Part shown: positions 1-11,565 of the stretch, piece by piece
Layout of the letters: every line of letters starts with the position of its first letter
How positions within the stretch are numbered: the first letter of the stretch is position 1
Origin: Octopus bimaculoides
Taxonomy: Eukaryota
Direction: 5' to 3'
Assembly (NCBI RefSeq): GCF_001194135.2
Contig: NC_068990.1
Coordinates: forward strand, 76,904,350 to 76,940,697
DNA: 36,348 bases
Position numbers and translations under genes: made by a program
Notes under the pieces: model-generated
Seen by the model: only the letters and a program-made list of their open reading frames with translations
Databases searched by the model: none
What the model was told of the DNA's origin: nothing

Positions 1-243
1 GCACGTGTTTCATTGAGACATCGTGCATAGGAGGACCTGTGCTTTGTATTGCAGTGAAATTTCATTTTTTAAGAATAAAAAATATAAAAAAAAAAAAATT
101 ATCTTCGTTAAAAGACCGCTTCCTTCAAATCTTCCACCGGTTCTGTTGCCTAATTCCATCGATGTTATTGGATTAGATATGTTTTTGTATAGGGAGCCCG
201 GTGTAGCACATCCATGTTGTTATTCAGCCCGGTGCTGCTCTCC

Positions 244-244
<1 letters not shown>

Positions 245-274
<30 letters not shown>

Positions 275-930
275 CATTGTTATTGATTTGACTCAGGTTC
301 GTTCTAATTCCTGGTAGAGTTTCTGTGGGTAGCAGGTTACTACTTCTAACCTTACGTACACACTAGCTTTCAATAGTCTTTCCAGTGCTTAGAATCTTCT
401 TGATAATCTTTCCTGTCCCTAAGAGGCAAAGTTTCTGTAGAAGCTCTACAGGAATTCTGTTCCAATCTTTTCCAGCCATTTGTCTATATCTTTACTTACA
501 GTTCCTAATGCACCAATTATTAGAGGCACAACCTTTACAGTTTTTATATTCCAAACTTTTGTAATTTCAAAGTTTAAGGGATTATATTTTTTTGTCTCTC
601 ATCCTCTTTCTTTACAATACTGGAATCAAACGGACATGATGGATAAATTAATAAACAGCTTCGCTTTTCAATGGCTATTATTGTTATGACTAGTCTGTTA
701 TTTTCTAGCTTCTTATCCGTTTGAATTGGAAAACCCCGAAAAATTTTGCATTTCTCCGACTCAAGCTCTCTTTCAACCCGATCGATGATCATATCATTCA
801 CATCCAGCTTCAAATATCCATTTCTGACAAAGCTTCCAGTGTAAAACCCTCACAACTTGGTCATAACACCATTTCGTATATTCCCAACGCACCGATTAGT
901 ATAGGCACGACCTATAGTGTTCGCATGCTC
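245..930 (-). mobile_element. Decayed 3' end of an R4/Dong-like non-LTR retrotransposon (restriction-like endonuclease region) with (TAA)n tail
   Basis: Minus-strand peptides VLHWKLCQKW, EKCKIFRGFPIQTDKKLENNR...CLLIYPSCPFD, VPLIIGALGTV; frameshifts and stops. Confidence 0.8.
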
Positions 931-959
931 CATTATTCATTTAACTAAGGTTTTGTCAA

Positions 960-1580
960 CTTGCTCTAGCCTTGCATTTGTAGCGGGCTTGCTACTTACT
1001 GGCTATCGTGCCAAGCTATCTAGTAATTTTCTTATGAATCTGGCTGTGCCAAGGAGACAAAACTTTTGCAAAACATCTACTGGGAATACTATTCCCATTT
1101 ATTTTATATTCCTCTTAATACTTTCTGTTACTGTCCCCAAGGCCCTTATAATAAATGACACTATCTTCAACTTTTTCATCTTCCACAGCCGAGCTATCTT
1201 GTATTTATGAGGATTGTATATGTCTACTTTTTCGCCTTCCTTCTTAACTATTCGTTAGGCAAAGGTTTACACAACATCAATAATAGAGTGCATATGATCC
1301 ACCTTGTCTACCGCCACTAGACCCGGTGTGTTGTGCTCAAGGACCTGAACAATTTGGATTGGAAAATTCCTCAGGATTTTGCAAGTCTCCAACACAACTA
1401 CTATCTGTGGTTTGTCTTCGTACCATGTCTTGCCTTTCCTAACCCCACTTTTCACAAAGTTTCCAATGCAGCATTTTTGCTACCGCATCATATTGCCACA
1501 GCTTATATTGTTTGGGGCAAGTCGTGGGCATTCATTCTCAATATAGGCAACGGCTTCATCAAATCCATTAAAAATTCAGC
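960..1580 (-). mobile_element. Second tandem R4/Dong-like REL retrotransposon fragment
   Basis: ECPRLA...MLHWKLCEK, WYEDKP..ETCKILRNFPIQ..LEHN, IIRALGTV, LQKFCLLGTARFIRKLL. Confidence 0.8.
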
Positions 1581-1629
1581 ACAATGGAGACATTTGTTTA
1601 TTTCTAAGTTCGCCCCTCCAATTGATGGC

Positions 1630-3720
1630 CTTTGCTTGTTCATGCACTGTCAGTATAGTACATGGTCTCTCCGACGCATACTCATACGATTTCATTTATG
1701 AGATTTCAACCGCAGTTCTTTGGTCGACGGAGACGTCGATAGAAAACAGTCGCGGAGAAAACAGTGGAACTGAACCGGAAATCATGGTTTGAAGCGAACT
1801 CTGTAATCATCAATACGTGCGCTTACATTTAAATATAAAGGGTTCGTAACAGAACATAACCAATAATATAAAACGTACCACCCATCTTTGTGTCGGTGGT
1901 CCGTCACCTCGTAATTAAAATTATTAAAGGATACTGATTTGGATTACAAGAGCCAGCTAGCACAAAACTCCACGTATTATGTTTCTCGTCTAACGGAAAG
2001 TCATGTGACATTATATGTTGCAGAAAATAAAAAAGGGTAAATATATATCTACGAATAAAACGGTCATATAAATATACACTGCGTCCCACATTATTAGGCA
2101 AATCAACCTTGTCTCAATAAATAAATATGTATTCGCTCAAAACCAGTTGTTTCCCCACTGACTGTTGGCAACACCTATCTGCACACACAATGTTAAAATA
2201 AATCGGATCTGCGCAAACGAAAACAAACGATGGCCATTATTGTGTAGCAGCAACATTTCTGATATCCCAAATTATTAGGCAGATGCCCAACTTAAGTGTC
2301 TTAAGTGATCTTACCTCGAATGAGAAGTTTGCCATCGTATCAGAGTTTTGAAAAGTTAAAACAACCATAGAAATATCAAAATACTGGGAAGAGATCACCG
2401 AAGAGTGAAGAAATTTGTGCAATCTCCTATTCCTGTTCGGTCGAGGGCAGATAAGGGTAAGTCGAGGGTTGCTTTGAATCTTACTTTATCACGCGTGGAA
2501 AGGGAAGTTGTGCGGAACTTATGTCTGACAAATAGAGAAATCTTCAAAAGTTGTGGCAGGGAAGACGTATCGAAAATTACCAGGTGTCGTCTATTGTAGC
2601 AGGTAGCCAGGAATGTTAAACCTGTCATAAGCAGAAGAGTCTGAAATGGGCAGAAAAATACATTAAGATAGATTTTTCAACAGTTTTGTTCACTGACGAA
2701 TGCCGTGCTACTCTTGATGGATCAGATGGCTGGAGTAAAGGTTGGGTATCAATCAGCGGGAGCCGTTCTCATCGTTTGAGACGCCAATTAGTGGGAGGGG
2801 GTCGGGTTATGTTTTGGGTTGGCATCATTGGTGATATGATGGTCAGGCCACGGAAAGTCCCAGATGGCATTAAGATGACTTCGAAAACACATGTTAACTT
2901 CTTAAAGGACAATTTCCAACTGCAGTTCAAAAAGCAAAAATTTTCGTTCAAGAGAAAGTTGGTCTTCATGCAAGATAATGCACAGTCTCATGCAGCGAAG
3001 AATTCTAGAGAATACCTGCAGCAAATAGGCTTCTCTGGAGGTCTTTTGATAGAGTAGCCACCTTGTTTCCTTGACTTTAACCCGATCGAGAACCTGTGGA
3101 GTGTCTGAAGAGATGCGTTTATCAAGATGGACGGCAGTTTTCAAGTAAAGTTGCCCTCTGGGGTACTATTATAGATGGTGCTCAAAGCATGACACAAGAG
3201 GATATCATCACCTTGACAAATTCAATAATAATTTTTTGTTAAACCTTAACCGTTGAATTAAATAAATGTTTGCTTTGACTCAGTCATCATTTTTATTATA
3301 CTTGCCTAATAATTTGTGACAGTGAAAATGTTGCCCAATCACAAAAATGGGCGCCATATGTTGGCGTCTGCACAGATCCGATTTACTTGAACAGAATGTG
3401 CGCAGATAGGTGTTGCCAACAGTCAGTGGGAAAACAACTGGTTTTGAACGAATATACATTTATTTATTGAGAGAAGGTTGACTTGCCTAATAATGTGGGA
3501 CGTAGCGTAGGTTTGTAATCAATAAAAGCAACGATGTGCATCAAAGCACTTTGTGTTCATTGATGTATTTACTTGACTTAACAAGATGAAGGTTATGAAA
3601 AACAGTAACAGAGTGATGTCTTTGATTTCGGTACAAGTCTTGTTCATAAGACTAACGAAGTGTTCACATGATGTAGTAGATGGTTACTAAAATACGTCTG
3701 TACATATAATTCAGTGAATG
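1630..3720. repeat. Fragmented further copy of the unit (1630-2070 and 3515-3720) split by the Tc1-like element
   Basis: 1688 atttcatttatgagatttc...ttggtcgac...tagaaaacagt...gtggaactgaacc resembles 5730-5830 and 21080-21180; 3540 catcaaagcac...ttcattg...acttgac.taacaagatg resembles 6140-6190. Confidence 0.7.
2077..3507 (+). mobile_element. Tc1-like DD37E (TRT-type) DNA transposon, both TIRs present, transposase inactivated
   Basis: ~170-bp TIRs (cactgcgtcccacattattaggca... / ...tgcctaataatgtgggacgtagcg), TA on both sides (2075-76, 3508-09). FTDECRATLDG, MQDNA and NPIEN with 37 residues between D2 and E; in-frame stop at the W of WPP. Confidence 0.92.
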
Positions 3721-4089
3721 AAATATGTTTCAACTGTGTTATCTATTACGAAATTATGTTATCTAAATCTATATCAATAAAAGCGAAATTCTCTCTGTAT
3801 CTCTGGAGCCCCTGTATCTCAGTTTACATTTGCTCTACATATTATACCAGAGACATATTATAGAGACATATTATACCATTTTGGAATCAGGATGATCCCG
3901 GGATTGAAAATATGCCCATTATTTGGTTCTTGAACATCCAGCATTAGGATCTGATTTAAAAGCATTTGGGTTGTTATTTCTAGAAGGTAAAGCGACCGTA
4001 TCAGGTTTCATTGCCATGGTATTACTGACATTGGAGACCAAGAGTTACCTCCCTCAAATTAAAGTTTTATTAAAAAAATTATTGGTTCT

Positions 4090-4290
4090 TTCACCTTATT
4101 TAGTCATCGGACTGCAACCACGCTGGGGCACTGCCTTGAAGAATTTTAATCGAAAATAATCGACACCAATTCTTTCTTTTTTCTGCCAGGTACTTTTTTT
4201 ATTTTCCTCTTTTAACGAACTGCTAAGTTACGTGAACGTAAACACACCAATACTAGTTATGAAGCAGTGGTGGGGGACAAACACAGACAC
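4090..4290 (-). mobile_element. SINE family B 3' portion
   Basis: Reverse complement resembles 18930-19130 (tgtccc..accaccgctt..ttggtgtgtttacgt..cgtaact). Confidence 0.7.
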
Positions 4291-4319
4291 NNNNNNNNNN
4301 NNNNNNNNNNNNNNNNNNN

Positions 4320-4359
<40 letters not shown>

Positions 4360-4369
4360 TATATATATT

Positions 4370-4987
4370 CTATGATAATAACTACTGAGTTTCTTAACTC
4401 TTTGGATCCTCCTAGAATGTCTTCTCACAAACTGACATTGAAGAAAGGAGTTCCAAAAATGCTTTTGAGAAATCTGGATCCCACATAGCAGTGCAATAGA
4501 ACAAGCAACTGCAACCACATCTGGACGAGGAAAGGGAGAAAATGAGTTTATTCAAAGAATTCCACTGATTCCAGCAGACAAGTCCTTTAAATTCAAGAGA
4601 CTTCAATATCCAGTAAGAATTTTGCAATGTCAATTTACAAGAGGACAATCGCTGAAAATTGTTGGACTTCACCTCATGCAGCAGTGCTTTTCCCATGGTC
4701 AGGTCTATGTTGGTTGTTCCAGAGCTGGAAATGGCAACAATCTCTTCATATTCACACCAAATGGTAAAACCAAGACTATTATTTATCCTGTTGCTTTACA
4801 GCAATCTCTAAATATCACAGTGATACAAAATTCTCCAGTTGTGATTCTCTGTGATATAAATGTGAAATGGTAGGATACCAATATACGGTTTATTAGTATT
4901 CTGCCCCGTAGTTTTGGGCCGCAGGTTTCATTAGCCCTCTATAGGAGCTATCCTAAAAGTCCGCACGGAGTACGGCTTTTAAGCTAG
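4370..4987 (+). mobile_element. Helitron 3' fragment (Pif1-type helicase C-terminus plus 3' hairpin and CTAG)
   Basis: EFLNSLDPP..HKLTLKKGVPKMLLRNLDP; GQSLKIVGLHL..CFSHGQVYVGCSR; hairpin ccgcacggagtacgg 4961-4975, then CTAG 4984-4987 followed by T. Confidence 0.88.
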
Positions 4988-5039
4988 TATGAAATATAAG
5001 TACAGTACAATATTTAAAATATCTGTAACTAAAGAGTAT

Positions 5040-5086
5040 ATGCTTGAATGCGTTTGGGCGTGATTGCGAGTGTGTTTGTTTGTTTA

Positions 5087-5163
<77 letters not shown>

Positions 5164-6330
5164 GTGTGTTTATATGCAGATGTATTTGTGTTTGTAAATA
5201 AAAATAAACTTACCTGTTGTAGGTGCTGTAGTAGGGACTGAAAAATATAACGATAGCAATTATTTATAATATTTCAGTGTTGGAGTGATTTTAGAAAAGT
5301 TATTTATTTAAATTATACATTGTAGAATGTTGCTATTATTGTTTGAAACTCATGACTACGGACTGTTTCACAACAGTCAACACGTATAGCTAGTTTTGCA
5401 AGGACTTTATGACAGGAAGGTGAGACACGAGTGACGGAGATTGGGTGAATACTCTATTCTGAAATGGTTTCTATATCTTTTTGTGGCCCCGAAATATTCA
5501 GTTTAATAGAATTCTAATTCTAGCAAATAGAGAAATAAGAGAAATAAGAGAACTACGACTCCTTGTGGTGCTTTTGAGACATGTGCGAAGATGACCAGGT
5601 GATTCAAATGTTTGCAACAAATGTGATCCTGCTAAAGTCTCCGTGGGCTTCAATAAAGCTTTCATCCAGAGTACAGACTAAATACACAAATCAAGTGAAA
5701 TGGATGTTACCTCCAAAGGGTTTTTTTACGCAGTTTCATTTATGAAATTTCCCTGATTGGTCGTTGGTTGTTCCGAGGTTATAGTAGAAAACAGTTGTCC
5801 AGGGTGCGATGGAATGGGATTGAACTGGATAACATTTTGTGAAGGGAACTTCGTTTATTTACGAGTATACAAATGACCTACTCAATGGTATGTCACATCA
5901 ATATTCGTCCTCAGTGTATACTGGTTAATATTTAGGGCCATCGTCAGCATTCTCATGTAGTACCCATCCACCATCTGAGTGAGTTTCTTTCAGACAAATG
6001 CAACAGCACAGACACCACAGCAGCAACAAAGAGACAAATCTTCAGTCTTTAGGAAGATCCGACTTTCATACAGATCTCAAACTGTGGCATGCCGCCCAGG
6101 CTTTGCTCTTCCTCTCAACTATAACAGCAGTAATGTACATCAAAGCACTCCATCTTCATTTGAATCCAGACTTGACATAACAAGATGGATGTAATGAAAA
6201 CTAGTTACACAATGATGTAGATTCGGTATATGTCTTATTCATAAGATGAGTGCAGTGTTGAAATATTGAAGTATATTTTCACTAGAATACATATGTAAGA
6301 CCGTGACTTGCGTTGCACATTATAAAGTGT
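5040..6330. repeat. Dispersed complete copy of the micro-exon unit
   Basis: Same motif order, e.g. 5401 aggactttatgacaggaaggtgagac, 5440 gattgggtgaatactct, 6149 tccatcttcatt...aagatggatgtaatgaaaac, 6231 tgtcttattcataagatgagtgcagtgtt. Confidence 0.9.
5214..5237 (-). CDS. Thr-rich micro-exon H (24 nt, phase 1-1): PTTAPTT
   Basis: tatatttttcag|TC CCT ACT ACA GCA CCT ACA ACA G|gtaagttt; flanks homologous to the 19.5-27.1 kb units. Confidence 0.85.
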
Positions 6331-6429
6331 GTTTCAACATGCATGTGCGCTCGCGTGTGTGTGCACGCACGCGTGCGACCGTGTTTAGGCATGTGTGTGT
6401 ATCTGAGATGGTGCAGTCGTAGTTTCAGG

Positions 6430-8210
6430 TGTTGCGGAAGCTGGCGACGCTGAGGGAATCCCACGAGAGCTGGGATGTGGGACGAGCGTGTCTGCATACG
6501 CGGACGACGTCACCGTCATAGTGTCGAGCCAAAAGCACATCGAGCTGGTCGACGAGAGACTAAAAGAATACGAAGCGGTAACGGGAGCAAAAATTAACCG
6601 GGATAAGTCAGTGGGCTTGCGGCTCGGCACCTGGAGAAGCAGGCCCATGCCGTCAAACAGCGTCTCCACTGTGGGACGCTGGATCGACGGGCCGGTTAAA
6701 TTGCTCGGAGTCTGGTTCGGTCCGGACCTCCAAATGGAGAAGAACTGGGGCGAAATAACGATTAGGGTGATCACTCACACCCAGCAATGGGCCGAGAGGA
6801 AGCTATCCCTAAAAGGTCGGGCGGAAGTGGAGAACGCGTACATCGCATCCGTCATCGAATACCGTCTGACTGTCGTGCCTTGTCCCGACCCTACCATCAC
6901 CAAACTGGAACGCATACTCTTCCGCTTCTTGTGGAAGGGAAGCGTTCCGATGGTTAGGCGATCCATTTGCTGTCAACAGCTGCTAAATGGAAGGCTGGGT
7001 ATGCCCTGGTTGATGATGCGCAGACATGCGCTGAGACTGCGACATCTCCGGCGCTTGATAGAAGACGGTTAACAGGTGTGGTCGCCGTTTGTGCGGCGCG
7101 CTTTACCGCAGCTCGTCTCCTTAACCGAACTGCAGTCGTGGATTAAACAGAGACCTAGGCTAGGTGAATGGNNNNNNNNNNNNNNNNNNNNNNNNNNNNN
7201 NNNNNNNNNNNNNNNNNNNNNNNNNNNNNNNNNNNNNNNNNNNNNNNNNNNNNNNNNNNNNNNNNNNNNNNNNNNNNNNNNNNNNNNNNNNNNNNNNNNN
7301 NNNNNNNNNNNNNNNNNNNNNNNNNNNNNNNNNNNNNNNNNNNNNNNNNNNNNNNNNNNNNNNNNNNNNNNNNNNNNNNNNNNNNNNNNNNNNNNNNNNN
7401 NNNNNNNNNNNNNNNNNNNNNNNNNNNNNNNNNNNNNNNNNNNNNNNNNNNNNNNNNNNNNNNNNNNNNNNNNNNNNNNNNNNNNNNNNNNNNNNNNNNN
7501 NNNNNNNNNNNNNNNNNNNNNNNNNNNNNNNNNNNNNNNNNNNNNNNNNNNNNNNNNNNNNNNNNNNNNNNNNNNNNNNNNNNNNNNNNNNNNNNNNNNN
7601 NNNNNNNNNNNNNNNNNNNNNNNNNNNNNNNNNNNNNNNNNNNNNNNNNNNNNNNNNNNNNNNNNNNNNNNNNNNNNNNNNNNNNNNNNNNNNNNNNNNN
7701 NNNNNNNNNNNNNNNATTAGAGACGAAAACCTACCTCTCTGGTCAATCGCTCATCAACTTTTTCAAGTATCACTTGAAAAGGAAGGTGAGAATAGAGAGG
7801 CAGGTTTTGTCTCGTGAAAGTTTCATTAAAAGGTGGGTAAATGTAGCAAAGATGGTGCGTGCGAGTGACGATACCTCTTTGAGCATGATCCTGTAAATCG
7901 AGAAAAATAAAAAGAGAGAGAGAGAGAGAGAGCACCTTGCTCTCATGTGTCTATTCCCTGGTGAGGTTACCGTGGTCTTTTTCCGTAAGCTTTTCTCTCC
8001 ATGGATAAACCTAATGTTACCCCATTGTTACACCATTGATATTTTCTGTGATATACGATCCCATTTGATCCTTTTTTCTTGTTTTTTTCATTTTTCTCTT
8101 TACTACCGATCCCTTTTGATCAAATTTCTTTTTCTTTTTTTCTAAAAGAAAAGCTTTTCAATTGTATTTGTCCCCTCTGTGTACAACCCTGTGTGGCTAA
8201 TAAAAGAAAG
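6430..8210 (+). mobile_element. 5'-truncated Tx1/L1-clade LINE (RT C-terminal half, gap, 3' UTR)
   Basis: SAYADDVTV, YEAVTGAKINRDKSVGLRLG, KLSLKGRA, GRLGMP (ORF 6488-7072); GC-rich versus flanks; stop at 7070; gap 7172-7715; ends near aataaaagaaag before a tetranucleotide repeat. Confidence 0.88.
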
Positions 8211-8285
8211 TTATCCATCCATCTATCTATCTAGCTAGCTATTTATCTACATATATTCATACATGCATAAATACATAAATACACA

Positions 8286-8341
<56 letters not shown>

Positions 8342-8435
8342 CGTGTTCACACATACATGCACGCAGACAGAACTATATATATAATTTTGGCCCACTTTTC
8401 CATTTGAACAATGGAAACGAAACTGTATATTTGTA

Positions 8436-8483
<48 letters not shown>

Positions 8484-8557
8484 TGTGTATGTGTGTGTGT
8501 GTGTGTGTGCGTGTGTGCATGTGTGAATGTACATAGGTATCAATTTATATACAGTAC

Positions 8558-8675
8558 CTGTTGTTTTACAACCTTTCTCGTCGCTTCCATCGGAACATTC
8601 TACTTGGCCATCACAAATCGTCGCACATGTGACGGAATCCCTACACAACATCTTTCCAAAAATTGTACAGGAAGA
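8558..8675 (-). CDS. Exon: LDLa repeat with short C3-C4 spacing (118 nt, phase 0-1)
   Basis: tatatttgcag|TCT TCC TGT ... ACA ACA G|gtactg; SSCTIFGKMLCRDSVTCATICDGQVECSDGSDEKGCKTT; within ORF 8373-8681. Confidence 0.9.
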
Positions 8676-8884
8676 CTGCAAATATAATTGGTAATTTTAT
8701 TACTCAGAATATAACACGACATTATGTTGAATGCTTTAGTTTGTACATGGGGTAGTAATCATTGATCTACACAATATCTTTTCGTGATACACACAGAAGA
8801 CAGTACCAAAAACAAAAGCTAAATAATTTCGTCCAGGTATGTACCTTGTTCGTGTACGTTTCCTGTTATTCTGCTGTCGTATTA

Positions 8885-9203
8885 TTATTGAGTGAGAGAG
8901 CAGAGGAATGCATGCCATCAAAGTGACACTGGGGTACAAATATACGAAGCCCAATATACCCACCATGACGACCCGTCTGATGAGGGTACACCAGGAACAT
9001 GCATCACAGCCATATGTGCGCTACATGGTGATCTCATATCAAAATAAACAATGCATTTCATTCGTGTTTGAGTTATCAGTTCAAATTCCGCTGAGGTCAA
9101 CTTTGCTTGTCATCATTTCAGAGTCGATAAATTTAGTACCAGTCGTTGTGATCGACTTACCCATTCCCCACAAATTTCAAGCCTTGTGCCTATTGTAGAA
9201 AGG

Positions 9204-9259
<56 letters not shown>

Positions 9260-9515
9260 GTTGTTGTTTTTTCTTGTTTCTTCAAATTTTCTTCCATTTC
9301 TCGCCGAGTGTTTTCCGTACACCTAGGGCAGGGAAACTCATTGTATGCATTCCCAGTTTACACACGCAAATTCATGTTTTGATGTTGTTTTCACAGCGAT
9401 AATGCTCTTCTCAGTACATGAGTCATTCCAGTTAACACGATTTTTTGCACTTCCTGTATTTGCATTTTCAAATAGGTTTCAGTACCTTTTTTTTTACCTT
9501 TTTTTTTTCAGTACC

Positions 9516-9550
<35 letters not shown>

Positions 9551-9930
9551 GTTATTATTATTATTATGGTGACGAACTGGCAGAATCGCTAGCACACCGG
9601 ATTAAATTCCGCCGAGGTCGACCTTGCTTTTCATCCTTTCAGGGTCGATGAAATATGTACCAGTTGAGTACTGGAGTCGATGCAATCGACTTGTTCCGTT
9701 TTCTGAAATGGCTAGCCTTGTGCTAAAATTTGAACTTATCATCATCATCATCATCATCAACATTGAGTGAGAGAGCAACGCATGTCATCAAAATGACACT
9801 GGGGGTACATATATACGAAGCCTAATATACCCATCATTACTACCCGTGTGATGAGGGTACACCAGTCACATACATCACAACCATATGTGTGTGACATGGT
9901 ACCTCAATATCAAGGTAAACAGAACAAGTC
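8885..9930 (+). repeat. Two copies (8885-9055, 9763-9925) of an interspersed repeat
   Basis: Shared ttgagtgagagagca..gcatg.catcaaa.tgacactggggtaca.atatacgaagcc.aatataccca..gatgagggtacaccag. Confidence 0.8.
9065..9735 (+). mobile_element. SINE family A copies (9065-9205 5'-truncated with (ATT)n tail; 9567-9735 internally deleted)
   Basis: gttcaaattccgc.gaggtc.ac.ttgc..tcatc..ttc.g.gtcgat core; head ggtgacgaactggcagaatcgctagcac. Confidence 0.8.
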
Positions 9931-10149
9931 TTTGCAGAATGGGTCCAGTGAGAATTTTCTTCGGGTCGAGCTGCCCATCCTGTTCAAAAGGTCCCTGAAT
10001 AAGGATGATGAGCAAAACACCCATGTTTCCAGAGGTGAATTATTCAAATACCAAAGGATTGTTATGATGCTCCCCCACTACTTCTGCTTGTGAACAGAGA
10101 TGCACTTATCAACCACTAAGAGACATGTTCAACTGGCACAGGTCAAATA

Positions 10150-10536
10150 TCTATTATTATTATTGTTCAGTAGTTTTATTTTTATAACGTGCTTCCACTT
10201 CACTACCGAGCGCAGCTCTGTGTGCCTTGGGTATGTGCTGTGGTTTGCTGTGATGCTCTTATGGTTACTGTATTGAAAGTGTTTTGCGTAGGATGTGTGC
10301 AGTGCCCAGTAGTGCAATTTTCTGTATGTTATATACATTTGTAAGTCCTGGTATTTTTGGTATGTATTTGTCTGAATATTTTTTTTTATACCTAAGGCAC
10401 CTACTATGATAGGAATTGTTTCTGTTTTTAGATTCCACATTCGAGTTACCTCTATTTCTAGGTCTTTGTATTTTGAAAGTTTTTCCATTTCCTTTAGAGA
10501 AACGTTGTCATCTGCTGGTATTGATACATCAATTAA
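10150..10536 (-). mobile_element. R4/Dong-like REL retrotransposon 3' end, truncated by gap
   Basis: LIDVSIPADDNVSLKEMEKLSKYKDLEIEVTRMWNLKTETIPIIVGALG (PD-(D/E)xK nuclease C-terminal part) with (TAA)n tail near 10150. Confidence 0.88.
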
Positions 10537-11527
10537 NNNNNNNNNNNNNNNNNNNNNNNNNNNNNNNNNNNNNNNNNNNNNNNNNNNNNNNNNNNNNNNN
10601 NNNNNNNNNNNNNNNNNNNNNNNNNNNNNNNNNNNNNNNNNNNNNNNNNNNNNNNNNNNNNNNNNNNNNNNNNNNNNNNNNNNNNNNNNNNNNNNNNNNN
10701 NNNNNNNNNNNNNNNNNNNNNNNNNNNNNNNNNNNNNNNNNNNNNNNNNNNNNNNNNNNNNNNNNNNNNNNNNNNNNNNNNNNNNNNNNNNNNNNNNNNN
10801 NNNNNNNNNNNNNNNNNNNNNNNNNNNNNNNNNNATGCACATACGCACATAATAGAGAAAAATGAAACAAATATGGACGACTTGCTCCGAAACACCACCG
10901 AGTGGGGAACGCTTCTCAAAAATAACTTGCAGTTGTTTCCTTCAAAATTCCTACATGCTCGAAATGTACATACATCAAGGTATATTTGTAGAAAATTTCA
11001 CGAAAAAACTTTAATTTTCCTGGAAGTTAAGAAGAATTTAAGTGGACTCTGTTGGAATTTCCGAAAATTGTCCCCCACCCCCATTCCAAAACACTTTCAC
11101 CGGATTCTACATAGTAAATACTATATGCATAGAAAATTTCATTAAAAAATATTCATTTTTCTGAAAGTTATGACCTCCCAAAGTCTGGTGGGTAAAACCC
11201 TGTAGTTATGCCGGCTAGGAGCCAACGGGATATTAAGATTTAGTGCAATGTAAAATTTGACTAAGAAACAAAACGATTTTATTTTTGGAGTAAATGTGAC
11301 TATATATAAGGATTATATAAGTATTGGCCTCGACTTGGGTCAATGCGATTTTAGGCTACAGGCCAATGCAACCTTCTAATAAAAGATACAGAATGGAGCA
11401 ATGTGATTTTAAGTTCGATCCAGTACAGCTTCTTTTTAGACGGGAGAATATATTTTATGCTAACGATCCAATTCTATATTATAAGAATAGAGTGTTGCGT
11501 CATTTTAAGTTAAAAAAAATGACTTAC

Positions 11528-11565
11528 TGTCGTCATTGGTATCGTGGTTGTCGATTGAATAAGAT
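11528..11565 (-). CDS. Thr-rich linker micro-exon (38 nt, phase 1-0): LIQSTTTIPMTT
   Basis: cttttattttcag|AT CTT ... ACG ACA|gtaagtc; supplies exactly the 1-to-0 phase change needed between 16563 and 8675. Confidence 0.85.

Noticed and set aside
10870-11240. Possible MITE bounded by ttgctcc / ggagccaa
   Set aside because: Inverted repeat too short and no clear target-site duplication.
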